From NCBI GenBank assembly GCA_951406725.2, contig OX597843.1, positions 5,208,001 through 5,272,000 of the forward strand: a stretch of 64,000 nucleotides of DNA. The letters are read 5' to 3'. Below, piece after piece: positions 12,413 to 24,857 of the stretch. A program made the position numbers and the translations under genes. This stretch comes from Octopus vulgaris (Eukaryota). Each line of letters begins with the position of its first letter. Within the stretch, counting starts at the first letter, position 1. The notes under the pieces are model-generated. The model made no database searches. It saw nothing but the letters and a program-made list of their open reading frames with translations, and had not been told where the DNA came from.

Positions 12413-12977
12413 TTCTACAGCCTTCAGACTAAAACAGATGCATCCACCCTCTATTTTTTGACTCCTGGTACCTTGAAAGACAGAACCCCTTCTACAGCCT
12501 TCAGACTAAAACATATGCATCCACCCTCTTTTTTTTTGACCCCTGGTACCTTGAAAGACAGGATCCCTTCTACAGCCTTCAGACTAAAACAGATGCATCC
12601 ACCCTCTTTTTTTTTGACCCCTGGTACCTTGAAAGACAGGACCCCTTCTACAGCCTTCAGACTAAAACAGATGCATCCACCCTCTTTTTTTTGACCCCTG
12701 GTACCTTGAAAGACAGGACCCCTTCTACAGCCTTCAGACTAAAACAGATGCATCCACCCTCTTTTTTTGACCCCTGGAACCTTGAAAGACAGGGCCCCTT
12801 CTACAGCCTTCAGACTAAAACAGATGCATCCACCCTCTTTTTTTTGACCCCTGGTACCTTGAAAGACAGGACCCCTTCTACAGCCTTAAGACTAAAACAG
12901 ATGCATCCACCCTCTTTTTTTTGACCCCTGGTACCTTGAAAGACAGGACCCCTTCTACAGCCTTCAGACTAAAACAG
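12413..12977. repeat. 77-bp minisatellite, ~7.3 copies
   Basis: CTACAGCCTTCAGACTAAAACAGATGCATCCACCC recurs every 76-78 bp. Confidence 0.95.
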
Positions 12978-13146
12978 CCCCCCCCCCACTTTTTGTGTCC
13001 CCCCCCCAATAGCATGCAAAGCGTGACCCCTTGATTGATGTGATGATCGAATGACCTTGGTTACGACACATCTCATATCTTTTTCTCTTATATTCATTTC
13101 TCTACTACTTTCAGACCGAAACAGTCGCAGCCCCTTAACTGTCGTC

Positions 13147-13328
13147 ATGGAAGAGTCCCCGGATGAAATTGAAGATTTCTACGGGGTCTATCTCCTTTAC
13201 AACATCAACCCGGCGTATAGGGACCGAGTCTACATTGGATACACTGTCGATCCGAACAGACGTGTCCGGCAGCACAACAGTGGAAAGCAGGCTGGTGGCG
13301 CCTGGAAGACACATGGACGTGGCCCATG
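13147..13328 (+). CDS. SLX1: SLX1 structure-specific endonuclease subunit, coding exon 1 (GIY-YIG domain)
   Basis: [60 protein letters not shown](W). Acceptor TTTCAG ends at 13114; donor GTAAGA at 13329. Confidence 0.95.
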
Positions 13329-13903
13329 GTAAGAGATTTTAGGGATTTTGTGTGGATTTTGTATAAGTTTTGAGGTTGCTTATTGCGACTGGTAAACAAG
13401 TGTTCCTGTTAGTAGCCAGTCTCCAATAGGCCAACCATGTATTTATATATATATATAATCGGAATCGAAATTGAACCAATCCTATGGCTGGCACCCGGCA
13501 GATGCCAGGACCCCTGGACTGGAGATACGTAAAAAGCACTATCCGAATCGTGGCCGATGCTAGCGCCGCTTCGACTGGCTTCCGTGTCGGTGGCACGTAA
13601 AAAGCACCATCCGAATCGTGGCCGAAGCCAGTGCCGCCTCGACTGGCTTCCGTGCCGGTGGCACGTAAAATGCACCAATCCAACCGTGGCCGATGCCAGC
13701 CTTGCCTGGCACCAGTGCAGGTGGCACGTAAAAAGCACCCACTACACTCACAGAGTGGTTGGCGTTAGGAAGGGCATCCAGCTGTAGAAGCATTGCCAGA
13801 TAAGACCGGAGCCTGGTGCAGCCTTCTGGCTTCCCAGATCCCCGGTCGAACCGTCCAACTCATGCTAGCATGGAGAACGGATATTAAACGATGATGATGA
13901 TGA

Positions 13904-13951
<48 letters not shown>

Positions 13952-13953
<2 letters not shown>

Positions 13954-14352
13954 TCTTTACTCTTTTACTTGTTTCAGTCATTTGACTGCAGCCATGCTGG
14001 AGCACCGCCTTTTAGTCGAGCAACTCGACCCCGGGACTTATTCTTTTGTAAGCCCAGTACTTTTTCTATCGGTCTCTTTTGCCGAACTGCTAACTAACGG
14101 GGACATAAACGCACCAGCATCAGTTGTCAAGCAATGCCAGGAGGACAAACACAGACACACAAACACACACATACATATACATATATATACATATATACGA
14201 CGGGCTTCTTTTCAGTTTCCGTCTACCAAATCCACTCACAAGGCTTTGGTCGGCCCGAGGCCATAGCAGAAGACACTTGCCCAAGGAGCCACGCAGTGGG
14301 ACTGAACCCGGAACCATGCGGTTGGTAAACAAGCTACTTACCACACAGCCAC
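13952..14352 (-). mobile_element. SINE family A in SLX1 intron
   Basis: Reverse-complement match to the family consensus. Confidence 0.8.
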
Positions 14353-14648
14353 TATATATATACACACATATATATATATAGTTCAAATTTATAGAAAAAC
14401 TAAAGATGAAGACAAGTGTAATATTATTATTATTATTATTAAGGTGGTGAGCAGGCAGAATTGTTAGCACCCCATGCAAAGTGCTTAGTGGTATTCCACC
14501 ATGGTCGACTTAGCCTTTCATCTTTTTGGGGTCGATAAATTAAGTACCAGTGAAACACTGGGGTCGATTTAATCCACTTGTCACCTCCCCACAAAATTTC
14601 AGGCCTTGTGCCTATATTAGAAAGGATTATTATTATTATTAATCTTTG

Positions 14649-15085
14649 TGGAGGCGAGTGGGTTAGGGTGTCAGCATCATAATCGTAAGATTGTGGTTTC
14701 GATTCCTGGACCGGGTGACCCGTGTTCTTGAGCAAAACACTTCATTTCACGTTGCTCCAGTCCACTCAGCTGGCAAAAATGAGTAACGCTGTGATGGACT
14801 GGCGTCCCGTCCAGCTGGAACTAATACTCCATAGAAACCGGGCCCATGACCCTGGCTAGGCTTTAAAAGGGCGCATTTGTTTTTCTGCGATGGACTGGCA
14901 TCCCGTCCAGCAGGGGAAAGCATATGCCATTGAAACCGGGCCCATGAGCCCTGGCTAGGCTTTAAAAGGGCGCATTTATTTTTCTGCAATGGACTGGCGT
15001 CCCGTCCAGCAGGGAACACATACGCCATAGAAACCGGAAACCGAGCCCATGAGCCTGGCTAGGCTTTTAAAAGGGTGCATTTATT
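14649..15085 (+). mobile_element. tRNA-derived SINE family E with a triplicated 3' module
   Basis: Head and GATGGACTGGCGTCCCGTCCAG motif (V-domain-like); a single-module copy lies at 49558-49803. Confidence 0.7.
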
Positions 15086-15318
15086 TATTTTTATTATTAA
15101 TCTTATTCTTTTTATTTGATGGCTCGGGTGGGTAGGGTGTCGTCAGATAAAATGGTCTTCATTTATTAAATAAATCAATTTTTCTGAGAAGGCATTGTCT
15201 TGTGTTATATGAACTAACGAGCTGGTAGTCATTACAGAAGATAACGAAGTAATATTTGTCTCCTACTTATTAATATTAAAAACTCAGCCCTTTCTTTTCT
15301 TTTTCTCCTGTCCCCTAG

Positions 15319-15370
15319 GGAAATGGTGTTAATTGTCCATGGTTTCCCCAATAATATTTCAGCTTTGAGG
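15319..15370 (+). CDS. SLX1: SLX1 coding exon 2
   Basis: CCCCTAG|G GAA ATG.. = (W)EMVLIVHGFPNNISALR|GTAAGT; phase matches exon 1. Confidence 0.95.
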
Positions 15371-15807
15371 GTAAGTAACCTTCCAACGTTTTGTTATTTC
15401 TGTGCGTCCTGTGTCTTCACTAATTTAGGGTCACACATCATTGCCAAGTCCTTTGAGGCCCTTGTGATCTACTTTACCATAGCCTCTGGTATACAAGTTG
15501 AACCCTTGAAACCAAAATTTACAGCCCAGAGAAGGCAGGTTGACTTGAGTACCAAAAACTCCATGTGAAATAGAGCAGGATTTGGGAAAGATAGGTAAAC
15601 ATTCCAATATGTGGAGGCACAAGGCCTAGTGGTTAGAGCAGCAGACTCGCAGTCAAGGGATCGTGGGTTCAAATCTCAGACCAGGTACATATTTATGAGC
15701 GAAACACCTAAGCTCCATGCGGCTCCGGCAGAAGGTACTGGTGAACTTCTGCTGACTCTTTCGCCACAACTTTCTCTCACTCTTTCCTCCTGCATCTTGC
15801 AGATCAC

Positions 15808-17207
15808 CTTCCTTGTTGTTTAGCCCCAGGTCACTCCTGATCCAGCAGATGTATGATCAGAGATGTTCTAGCTGTGACCATCCTGTCTTTAATTCAGATA
15901 TAGTGTATCAAGGACTACATTATCTAATGCGTCCTTCCTTGTTGTTTAGCCCCAGGTCAGTCCTGATCCGGCAGACCTATGATCAAAGATATTCCAGCTG
16001 TGACCATCCTGTCTTTTATTCAGGCATAGTGTATCTAGGACTACATTATCTAATGTGTCCTTCTTGTTGTTTAGCCCCAGGTCAGTCCTGATCCAGTAGA
16101 CCTATGATCGAAGATGTTCCAGCTGTGACCATCCTGTCTTTTATTCAGGCATAGTGTATCTAGGACTACATTATCTAATGTGTCCTTCCTTGTTGTTTAG
16201 CCCCAGGTCAGTCCTGATCCAGTAGACCTATGATCAAAGATGTTCCAGCTGTGACCATCCTGTCTTTTATTCAGGCATAGTGTATCTAGGACTACATTAT
16301 CTAATGTGTCCTTCCTTGTTGTTTAGCCCCAGGTCAGTCCTGATCCAGCAGACCTATGATCAAAGATGTTCCAGCTGTGACCATCCTGTCTTTTATTCAG
16401 GCATAGTGTATCTAGGACTACATTATCTAATGTGTCCTTCCTTGTTGTTTAGCCCCAGGTCAGTCCTGATCCAGCAGACCTATGATCAAAGATGTTCCAG
16501 CTGTGACCATCCTGTCTTTTATTCAGGCATAGTGTATCTAGGACTACATTATCTAATGTGTCCTTCCTTGTTGTTTAGCCCCAGGTCAGTCCTGATCCAG
16601 TAGACCTATGATCAAAGATGTTCCAGCTGTGACCATCCTGTCTTTTATTCAGGCATAGTGTATCTAGGACTACATTATCTAATGTGTCCTTCTTGTTGTT
16701 TAGCCCCAGGTCAGTCCTGATCCGGCAGACCTATGATCAAAGATATTCCAGCTGTGACCATCCTGTCTTTTATTCAGACATAGTGTATCTAGGACTACAT
16801 TATCTAATGTGTCCTTCCTTGTTGTTTAGCCCCAGGTCAGTCCTGATCCAGCAGACCTATGATCAAAGATGTTCCAGCTGTGACCATCCTGTCTTTTATT
16901 CAGGCATAGTGTATCTAGGACTACATTATCTAATGTGTCCTTCCTTGTTGTTTAGCCCCAGGTCAGTCCTGATCCAGCAGACCTATGATCAAAGATGTTC
17001 CAACTCTGACCATCCTGTCCTTTATTCAGACACAATGTATCTTGGACTACACTATCTAAAGTGCCCTTCCTTGTTGTTGTTGTTTAGTCCCAGGTCGGTC
17101 CTGATCCAGCAGACCTATGATCAAAGATATTCCAGCTGTGACCATTCTGTTTTGTATTCAGGCATAGTGTATCTAGGACTACATTATCTAATGTATCTTC
17201 TGTTGTT
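15808..17207. repeat. 126-bp tandem repeat, ~11 copies, in SLX1 intron
   Basis: TTTAGCCCCAGGTCAGTCCTGATCC..GTTCCAGCTGTGACCATCCTGTCTTTTATTCAG repeats every 125-126 bp. Confidence 0.95.
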
Positions 17208-17342
17208 TAAGCTGGTAATATGTAATTTGATAGAGATTTAGCTGTTATTTCTAGCAAGTCAAATGACTGTATACAGCTCCTGTCATTGGCTCGGTGTTGC
17301 TGTTGTTGTTGTTGTTCTCATCTTGTTCTCTTCTTGTTCCAG

Positions 17343-17678
17343 TTTGAATGGGCCTGGCAACATCCGACCAAGTCCCGCCGTCTCAAGCATCTCCCTGCCA
17401 AAAAGAGTTTCGAATTGATGTACTCGTATCGTCTGCGGGTCCTCGGCGAGATGTTGCGTGTGGGGCCCTGGAAGCGTCTCCCGTTGACGATCCGATGGTT
17501 GAAACAGGAGTATCAGAGGGAATTTCCTCCCAAACTCCTCCCTCCGACACACATGCCCATCGTATACGGCCCTGTACAGAGCAGGAAGATCTCCAGAAGC
17601 AAGACGTCGACCCCTGCGGATACTGAAGGCCTAGATGTGAAATTGAACACCTGCTCAGTGTGTCGCGAACTGATTGTG
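17343..17678 (+). CDS. SLX1: SLX1 coding exon 3
   Basis: TTCCAG|FEWAWQHPTKSRRL..PWKRLPLTIRWL..PPTHMPIVYG..CSVC..LIV|GTAAGT; 336 nt, phase 0/0. Confidence 0.95.
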
Positions 17679-19433
17679 GTAAGTTTTGATGGAGTTTCTT
17701 GTTTTATATTTTGACTAGCGATTAATGTGTTTGCGTATTTATAACCTCCAGACCTGTAAAAGCACCATCCGTTAGTGTCCGTTGTCAGCCTCGCCTGGCC
17801 CCCGTGCCGGTGGCATGTAAAAGCACCATCCGTTCGTGGCCGTTTGCCAGCTCCGTCTGGCACCTGTGCAGGTGGCACGTAAAAAGCACCCACTACACTC
17901 ACGGAGTGGTTGGCGTTAGGAAGGGCATCCAGCCGTAGAAACACTGCCAGATCAGACTGGAGCCTGGTGCAGCCTTCTGGCTTCCCAGACCCCAGTTGAA
18001 CAGTCCAACCCATGCTAGCATGGAAAGCGGACGCTAAATGATGATGATGATGATGATGAGACCAACCCTTAACATGGAGGACCAAAGGCAATCCAACTGT
18101 GGCCTTCTAGTCTTATTGACTGTCTGTAACATTTAAATATTGTCCCTAAGAGTTTTCCAGTTCTTAACCACTACGCCATACGCCCATGGGAATATGGCGT
18201 ACTGGCTAAGAGCACAGGCTACTAATCCCAAGATTCTGAGTTCGATTCCAGGCAGTGACCTGAACTACAACTATTTTCTGGTAGGTTCTTTCATTTTAAT
18301 ACTTTATCCACCATGTTACGTTTTTTTTTTATTGCCATTTTATTCCATTTCATTTAATTAGCTCCTTTATTATCGTCCCAGTTGCCCTGTTTTATTGCCA
18401 CAATTTCTTTTTAAAATGTCTTTTATGACCAATCTCATTAAGTATTCCGTTTAACTATTTCACAAGTTATTTTATTTGCTTCTGTTAGCTACACACGTAC
18501 AAAGAACTTCGGTGTCATTAATATCACTATCCGTTTGCCTAGATAGAAATATCTAAGGCGGCCAGCAGGCAGAATCATTAGCACAGCGGTAAAAATGCAT
18601 AGCGGCATTTCGCCTGTCTTTACGTTCTGAGTTCAAATTCTGCCAAGGTCGATTTTGCCTTTAATCCTCACGGGGTCGATGAATTAAGTACCAGTGAAAT
18701 ATCTGGGCCGATGTAATGGACTAGTCTTCTCCCCACAAATTTCGGACCTTGTGTCTATAGTAAAAAGGGTTATTATCCCTATCCGTTTCCCTAATTCTTT
18801 GCCTAGAAAGAAGTATCCAAGGGCCGTTGCTAGAGAGGATTTGCAGCCCAAAAAGAAACAATGTAGGCGCAGGAGGGGCTGTGTGGTAAGTAGCTTACTT
18901 ACAAACCACATGGTTCCAGGTTCAGTCCCACTGCGTGGCACCTTGGGCAAGTGTCTTCTACTGGCTAAGAGCGCAGGCTACTAACCCCAAGATTCTGAGT
19001 TTGATTCCAGGCAGTGACCTGAACAACAACAACAACAACACCACCATGACCACCACCACCACCACCACCAACAACAACAACAACTCAGCAGAGCCATGTA
19101 GTTAGAAAGCAAACATCTTACCAGACTTAGCGGTTCAGCAAAAGAGACCGATAGAATAAGTACTAGGCTTACAAAGAATAAGTCCTGGGGTCGAGTTGCT
19201 CGATTAAAGGCGGTGCTCCAGCATGACCGCAGTCAAATGACTGAACCGAGTAAAAGAGAGAATTGCTAGATCCGTCTCTCCATGTCCAATTTCAGATACA
19301 TCCCTCACCATCTTTATCTTGTCACTCTCAATTACTCTTTCATCATTTCGGGGTCGATAAATTAAGTACCAGTTACGCACTGGGGTCGATGTCATCGACT
19401 TAATAATGAAAAATTTTGACTTCTCGTTTACAG

Positions 19434-19634
19434 GATAATTTGGCCGAGCTGAAATGTCTCAGTTGTACGGCAAGGAGCCACATTACTTGCCTTGCTAAAC
19501 ATTTTCTCTCCAAGAACCTCCTCGAAGACACGCTGTCTATCTTACCTGTTGATGGTAACTGCCCCGTTTGTCACCAGGAACTCTTGTGGGGGGATCTGAT
19601 ACGACTCAAGAAAGGCTGCTACCAGGGTCTCACT
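19434..19634 (+). CDS. SLX1: SLX1 coding exon 4 (RING-type Zn finger)
   Basis: TTTACAG|DNLAELKCLSCTARSHITCLAKHFL..LPVDGNCPVCHQELLWGDLIR..GCYQGLT|GTAAGT; 201 nt. Confidence 0.93.
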
Positions 19635-20079
19635 GTAAGTATACAGATGTTATGGTAATTTTTGGTCGGGGTCTGTTTTTTCTTTTTTTATTTTCGTGGT
19701 TTTTGATGTAATACAGGTAGGGCTGAATTAAGGCCCTAAGCACTTAAAAGATTCCAGTGCCCCCATATATATCCAGCATGGCCGCAGTCAAATGACTGAA
19801 ACAAGTAAAAGAGTAAAGAGAAAATCACTAGATCCGTCTTTCCATCCAATCCATACTTGCCACCCACCCTCTAATAATTCATCCCTGTGATATTATCACA
19901 TCTTTCGTATTCAGTTTTCGCCAGCATCCTCGTGCATTCATTCGTAATGTGCCACACGGCCTCATCTTCATCATCACAAACCCTGCTCTTGTCATTTTCT
20001 GCTGTTACTGTTTTAATCCAATCAATTGAAAATCATTCTCTAATTTGTGTTTAATTTATATTTTGTTTTTGATTAATAG

Positions 20080-20148
20080 AAATCACAGGATGATGATGTT
20101 GATGATGATGGTGATGATTGGACCAATGCCCTCAGCCAAGCAATGTAA
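20080..20148 (+). CDS. SLX1: SLX1 last coding exon (acidic tail)
   Basis: AATAG|KSQDDDVDDDGDDWTNALSQAM*, resembling the acidic-W-T-x-x-L C-terminus of animal SLX1. Total CDS 840 nt, 279 aa. An in-frame alternative acceptor would start the exon at 20089. Confidence 0.8.
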   Translation, partial: KSQDDDVDDDGDDWTNALSQAM

Positions 20149-20730
20149 ACACTTTCCCAGCCAACATACCAAACTAACTGATGTAAGTCTATTATTATTA
20201 TTATTATTGAGTGAGAGAGCAGGTCGACTTCGCCTTTCATCCTTTTGGGGTTGATAAATTAAGTACCAGTTACGCACTGGGGTCGATATAATCGACTTAA
20301 TCCGTTTGTCTGTCTTTGTTTGTCCCCTCTGTGTTTAGCCCCTTGTGGGTAATAAAGAAATAGGTATTTCGTCTGGCGTTACGTTCTAAGTTCAAATTCC
20401 GCCGAGGTTGACTTTGCCTTTCATCCTTTCGGGGTCGATAAATTAAGTACCAGTTATGCACTGGGGTCGATATAATTGACTTAATCCCTTTGTCCTCTCT
20501 GTGTTTAGCCCCTTGTGGGTAGTAAAGAAATAGGTATTTCGTCTGTCTTTACGTTCTGAGTTCAAATTCCGCCGAGATCGACTTTACCTTTCATCCTTTC
20601 GGGGTAGATAAATTAAGTACCAGTTACGCACTGGGGTCGATATAATTGACTTAATCCGTTTGTCTGTCCTTGTTTGTCCTCTCTGTGTTTAGCCCCTTGT
20701 GGGTAATAAAGAAATGAAGCAGCACGGAAT

Positions 20731-20781
20731 TTTGTCAGTGAACAGGTCGCAGTCTTAAAGCGCCGAAAATATTTTGACAAA
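20731..20781 (+). ncRNA. Degenerate minimal type I hammerhead motif (Penelope-like)
   Basis: TTTGTCA-gTGAAcA-GGTCGC..GCGCC-GAAA-ATATT-T-TGACAAA: stem I 7 bp, core with 2 mismatches to CTGANGA, palindromic stem III. Confidence 0.45.
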
Positions 20782-20858
20782 TTAAATTTAAATGTTGAAG
20801 TAAATATAACGGTTTTTGTGTGTTTCTTAAATGGCTTACAAACACCTTCCACACTGCA

Positions 20859-20900
<42 letters not shown>

Positions 20901-21238
20901 CACACACAACATACATGCATATATCACCGTGATCACTATGACCGACCAGGCTATCAGATGTTGCTACACATCGCTGATCACAATGCGCTTTGCATTGTTT
21001 TAGCCTTCAAATGACACCACCCCGCTGGCTAAGCGAGCAGGCCAACAGAAGAAAGAGTGAGAGAAAGTTGTGGCGAAAGAGTACAGCAGGGATCACCACC
21101 CCCTGCTGGAGCCTCGTGGAGTTTTAGGTGTCTTCGCTCAATAACACTCACAACGCCCTGTCTGGGAATTGAAACCGTAATTCTATGACGAGTCCGCTAC
21201 CCTAACCACTGGGCCATTGCACCTCAACACATGCATAT

Positions 21239-22020
21239 ATGGTGTCCCTAAAGTCTGCACACAAGAAATTTTCCTTAACTATATTTTTTTACCTTTATAT
21301 TCTATATATTTTACCTGTATGTTTTTAACGTAAAATATTTTTTTGCCTCCACAGGTTAAATATGGTTTGCTGAAAGGAAAAAGAATTGGACTGGGACTTC
21401 TTAGTCGACATGAAGGACGACCATGTTGAAAGATAGCAGAGGTTTTTAATGCATATCACCTGAAGAAGATTCCACCTGGCTTTTCCATGGGGGCGAAGGG
21501 GGTCAATAGGTTTAAAGAAATGGGCAGTGTCGTGGACAAACCACATTCTTATTTCTTTACTACCCACAAGGGGCTAAACATAGAGGGGACAAACAAGGAC
21601 AGACAAAGAGATTAAGTCGATTACATGAACCCCAGTGCGTAACTGGTGCTTAATTTATCGACCCCGAAAGGAAGACAGGCAAAGTCGACCTTGGCGGAAT
21701 TTGAACTCAGAACGTAATGGCAGATGAAATACCGCTATGCATTTCGCCTGGCGTGCTAACGTTTCTGCCAGCTCGCCGCCTTGGTGCGGTATGGTTTGTG
21801 GAAAGCTCATGTGTTGGGGCTATTTTCCTTCGGCGAACATGTAGCTGGTGAGACTTATCTCGCCATGTCGAGAGACCAGTTAATGGCCCAACTTGAAAGA
21901 TGAGGTGAAGGACTTTCTGAGTGGTTCCAACAGGATGGTGCCCCTGTCCACTTTGCCACAGTGGTAAGAGATTGGCTGAATGACAATTTCTCTAACTGGA
22001 TTGGAAGGCATGGTCATATG
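21239..22020 (+). mobile_element. Tc1/mariner-superfamily transposase remnant interrupted by a family C SINE
   Basis: ~21920-22015 translates WFQQDGAPVHFATVVRDWLNDNFSNWIGRHG (DDE/D second-Asp motif). TIR-like ATGGTGTCCCTAAAGTC near 21239. Confidence 0.65.
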
Positions 22021-22508
22021 AAATTTGTATCATAGAACCAGTGGGGGTGGTCTCAGATGGATTGGTATGAAAAAGGTTAAAGAAGCTATCAGCCAACATA
22101 GTCAAACCTGACCCATGCACATCTGTTGAAAGTCTATAACTGGTTTCACATGGCCCTTGGAGGGGCTATATAAAATGTTGTTAATATCTATCTGGAATAA
22201 TCTGGCTGGACTTCCCAGCTTGAGCCAGTAGGGCTAAATCAAGGGGACAGTAAAAGGCCTGACAGTATGACCGTTTTCCTGTTCCGTGTGGTAGGCCCCT
22301 CATCTGGGATGTCAAATGCTGTGACATCTTGGTTGCGACATGGTTTGTCCAGCAACCAACCCAGGCTGCGCTGCTCGTGAGGCTGAGAATAGCAAACCGT
22401 CCAGGCATCGGTCACTCTTTCCCATTCTGTCTGCCAAGACCAAGAAGCAGCCTGAATTACAGGAAACCATAGGTTCCTCACCTTAATGTAAAGTTACTCC
22501 TTTTATAT

Positions 22509-22937
22509 TACTCTTTACTCTTTTACTTGTTTCAGTCATGTGACTGTGGCCATGCTGGAGCACCACTTTTAGTTGAGCAAATCAACCCCAGGACTTATTC
22601 TTTGTAAGTCTAGTACTTATTCTATCGGTCTCTTTTGCCGAACTGCTACGTTATGGGGACGTAAACACACCAGCATCGGTTGTCAAGGGATGGTAGGGGG
22701 ACAAACACAGACACACAAACATATACACATACATACATATATATATATATATATACATATACATACATATATACGACGGGCGTCTTTCAGTTTCCGTCTA
22801 CCAAATCCACTCACAAGGCTTTGGTCAGCCCGAGGCTAGAGTAGAAGATACTTGCCCAAGTTACCACGCAGTGGGACTGAACCCGGAACCATGTGTTTGG
22901 TAAGCAAGCTACTTACCACACAGCCACTCCTGCACCT
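22509..22937 (-). mobile_element. SINE family A, full length
   Basis: Reverse-complement match to the family consensus. Confidence 0.85.
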
Positions 22938-23366
22938 GTATATTTGTTTTATTTTTTTATTTATATCCGAATAAACACTTCTATAACACACAAAGTATTT
23001 ATATTTTCTTTTGATACAATTGCTTTATAATATTCCATAAAAATATGAGGAAGTTTTTCAAACATTCAATGATTGAGGATCCACCCGAGAGAAAATAGGA
23101 ACTGAAGGGATCCATAGGTAAAAAAATGGGCAAGAACTACTGGTCTCTATAAACAGTACCCAGGGAAGCTATCTGCTACCCATGTTGTGTACACACAACC
23201 AATATGGTCCCTATATTACATACAGATGGTAACCTCTTGAAGTGCACTGCTTGTTTCAAATGTTTTAAAAATTATGAAGAAGGTAGTAAAATAACTCATT
23301 AATTAATCTGGTGTTTGGAACATAAATTAAGATGAAATTTTAATGGAAGGGGTTATTTAGGTCACT

Positions 23367-24857
23367 TTAACCCTTTTGTTACCAAACCAGCTGAAACCAC
23401 CTCTGGCTCTGTAGTACAAATGTCTTGTTTTCATAAGTTTTAAAATAAAATCTTCCACCAAACCTTAGTCACAATTTATGTTCCTAACACTAGCTGAATG
23501 ATAACTAAGTTATTTTACTAAATTCTTTGTTATATTTAAAATGAATTGAAAGAAACACAGAGCATCTCAACAGAAATATGGTAACAAAAGGGTTAAAATA
23601 TATAATAGAAAAACAATTCTTAACCCTTTTGATACCAACCTGGCTGAAACCACCTTTGGCTCTGTAGTACAAATGTCTTGTTTTCATAAGTTCTGAATTA
23701 AAATCTTCCACCAAACCTTAGTCACAATTTATGTTCCTAACACTAGCTTAATGATAACTAAGTTATTTTACTAAATTCTTTGTTATATTTAAAATGAATT
23801 GAAAGAAACACAGAGCATCTCAACAGAAATATGGTAACAAAAGGGTTAAAATATATAATAGAGAAACAATTCTTAACCCTTTTGATACCAACCTGGCTGA
23901 AACCACCTCTGGCTCTGTAGTACAAATGTCTTGTTTTCATAAGTTCTGAATTAAAATCTTCCACCAAACCTTAGTCACAATTTATGTTCCTAACACTAGC
24001 TTAATGATAACCAAGTTATTTTACTAAATTCTTTGTTATATTTAAAATGAATTGAAAGAAACACAGAGCATCTCAACAGAAATATGGTAACAAAAGGGTT
24101 AAAATATATAATAGAGAAACAATTCTTAACCCTTTTGATACCAACCTGGCTGAAACCACCTCTGGCTCTGTAGTACAAATGTCTTGTTTTCATAAGTTCT
24201 GAATTAAAATCTTCCACCAAACCTTAGTCACAATTTATGTTCCTAACACTAGCTTAATGATAACCAAGTTATTTTACTAAATTCTTTGTTATATTTAAAA
24301 TGAATTGAAAGAAACACAGAGCATCTCAACAGAAATATGGTAACAAAAGGGTTAAAATATATAATAGAGAAACAATTCTTAACCCTTTTGATACCAACCT
24401 GGCTGAAACCACCTCTGGCTCTGTAGTACAAATGTCTTGTTTTCATAAGTTTTGAATTAAAATCTTCCACCAAACCTTAGTCACAATTTATGTTCCTAAC
24501 ACTAGCTTAATGATAACTAAGTTATTTTACTAAATTCTTTGTTATATTTAATGTAATTGTAAGAAACAGAGCATCTCAACAGAAATATGGTAACAAAAGG
24601 GTTAAAATATATAATAGAGAAACAATTCTTAACCCTTTTGATACCAACCTGGTTGAAACCACCTCTGGCTCTGTAGTACAAATGTCTTGTTTTCATAAGT
24701 TTTGAATTAAAATCTTCCACCAAACCTTAGTCACAATTTATGTTCCTAACACTAGCTGAATGATAACTAAGTTATTTTACTAAATTCTTTGTTATATTTA
24801 AAGTAATTGAAAGAAACACAGAGCATCTCAACAGAAATACAGTAGCGAAAGGGTTAA
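23367..24857. repeat. Six tandem copies of a ~222-bp piggyBac-type MITE (253-bp period)
   Basis: Each unit reads TTAA-CCCTTTTG(A/T)TACC...GGTAACAAAAGGG-TTAA. Starts at 23371, 23624, 23877, 24130, 24383 and 24633. Confidence 0.85.

Noticed and set aside
12413-12977. CRISPR-like regular repeats (also 15808-17207 and 23367-24857)
   Set aside because: Units are contiguous and near-identical with no unique spacers; eukaryotic context; no cas genes.
13147-13328. GIY-YIG exon as a Penelope endonuclease
   Set aside because: It splices to FEWAWQHP and RING exons typical of host SLX1, and there is no RT. Its proximity to Penelope-like relics is treated as coincidence.
16280-17241. Repeating Cys/His ORFs resembling zinc fingers
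   Set aside because: Translation of the 126-bp intronic repeat; other units contain stops and frameshifts.
22181-22481. GC-richer island with 75-80 aa minus-strand ORFs
   Set aside because: No recognisable motif or splice structure; left unassigned.
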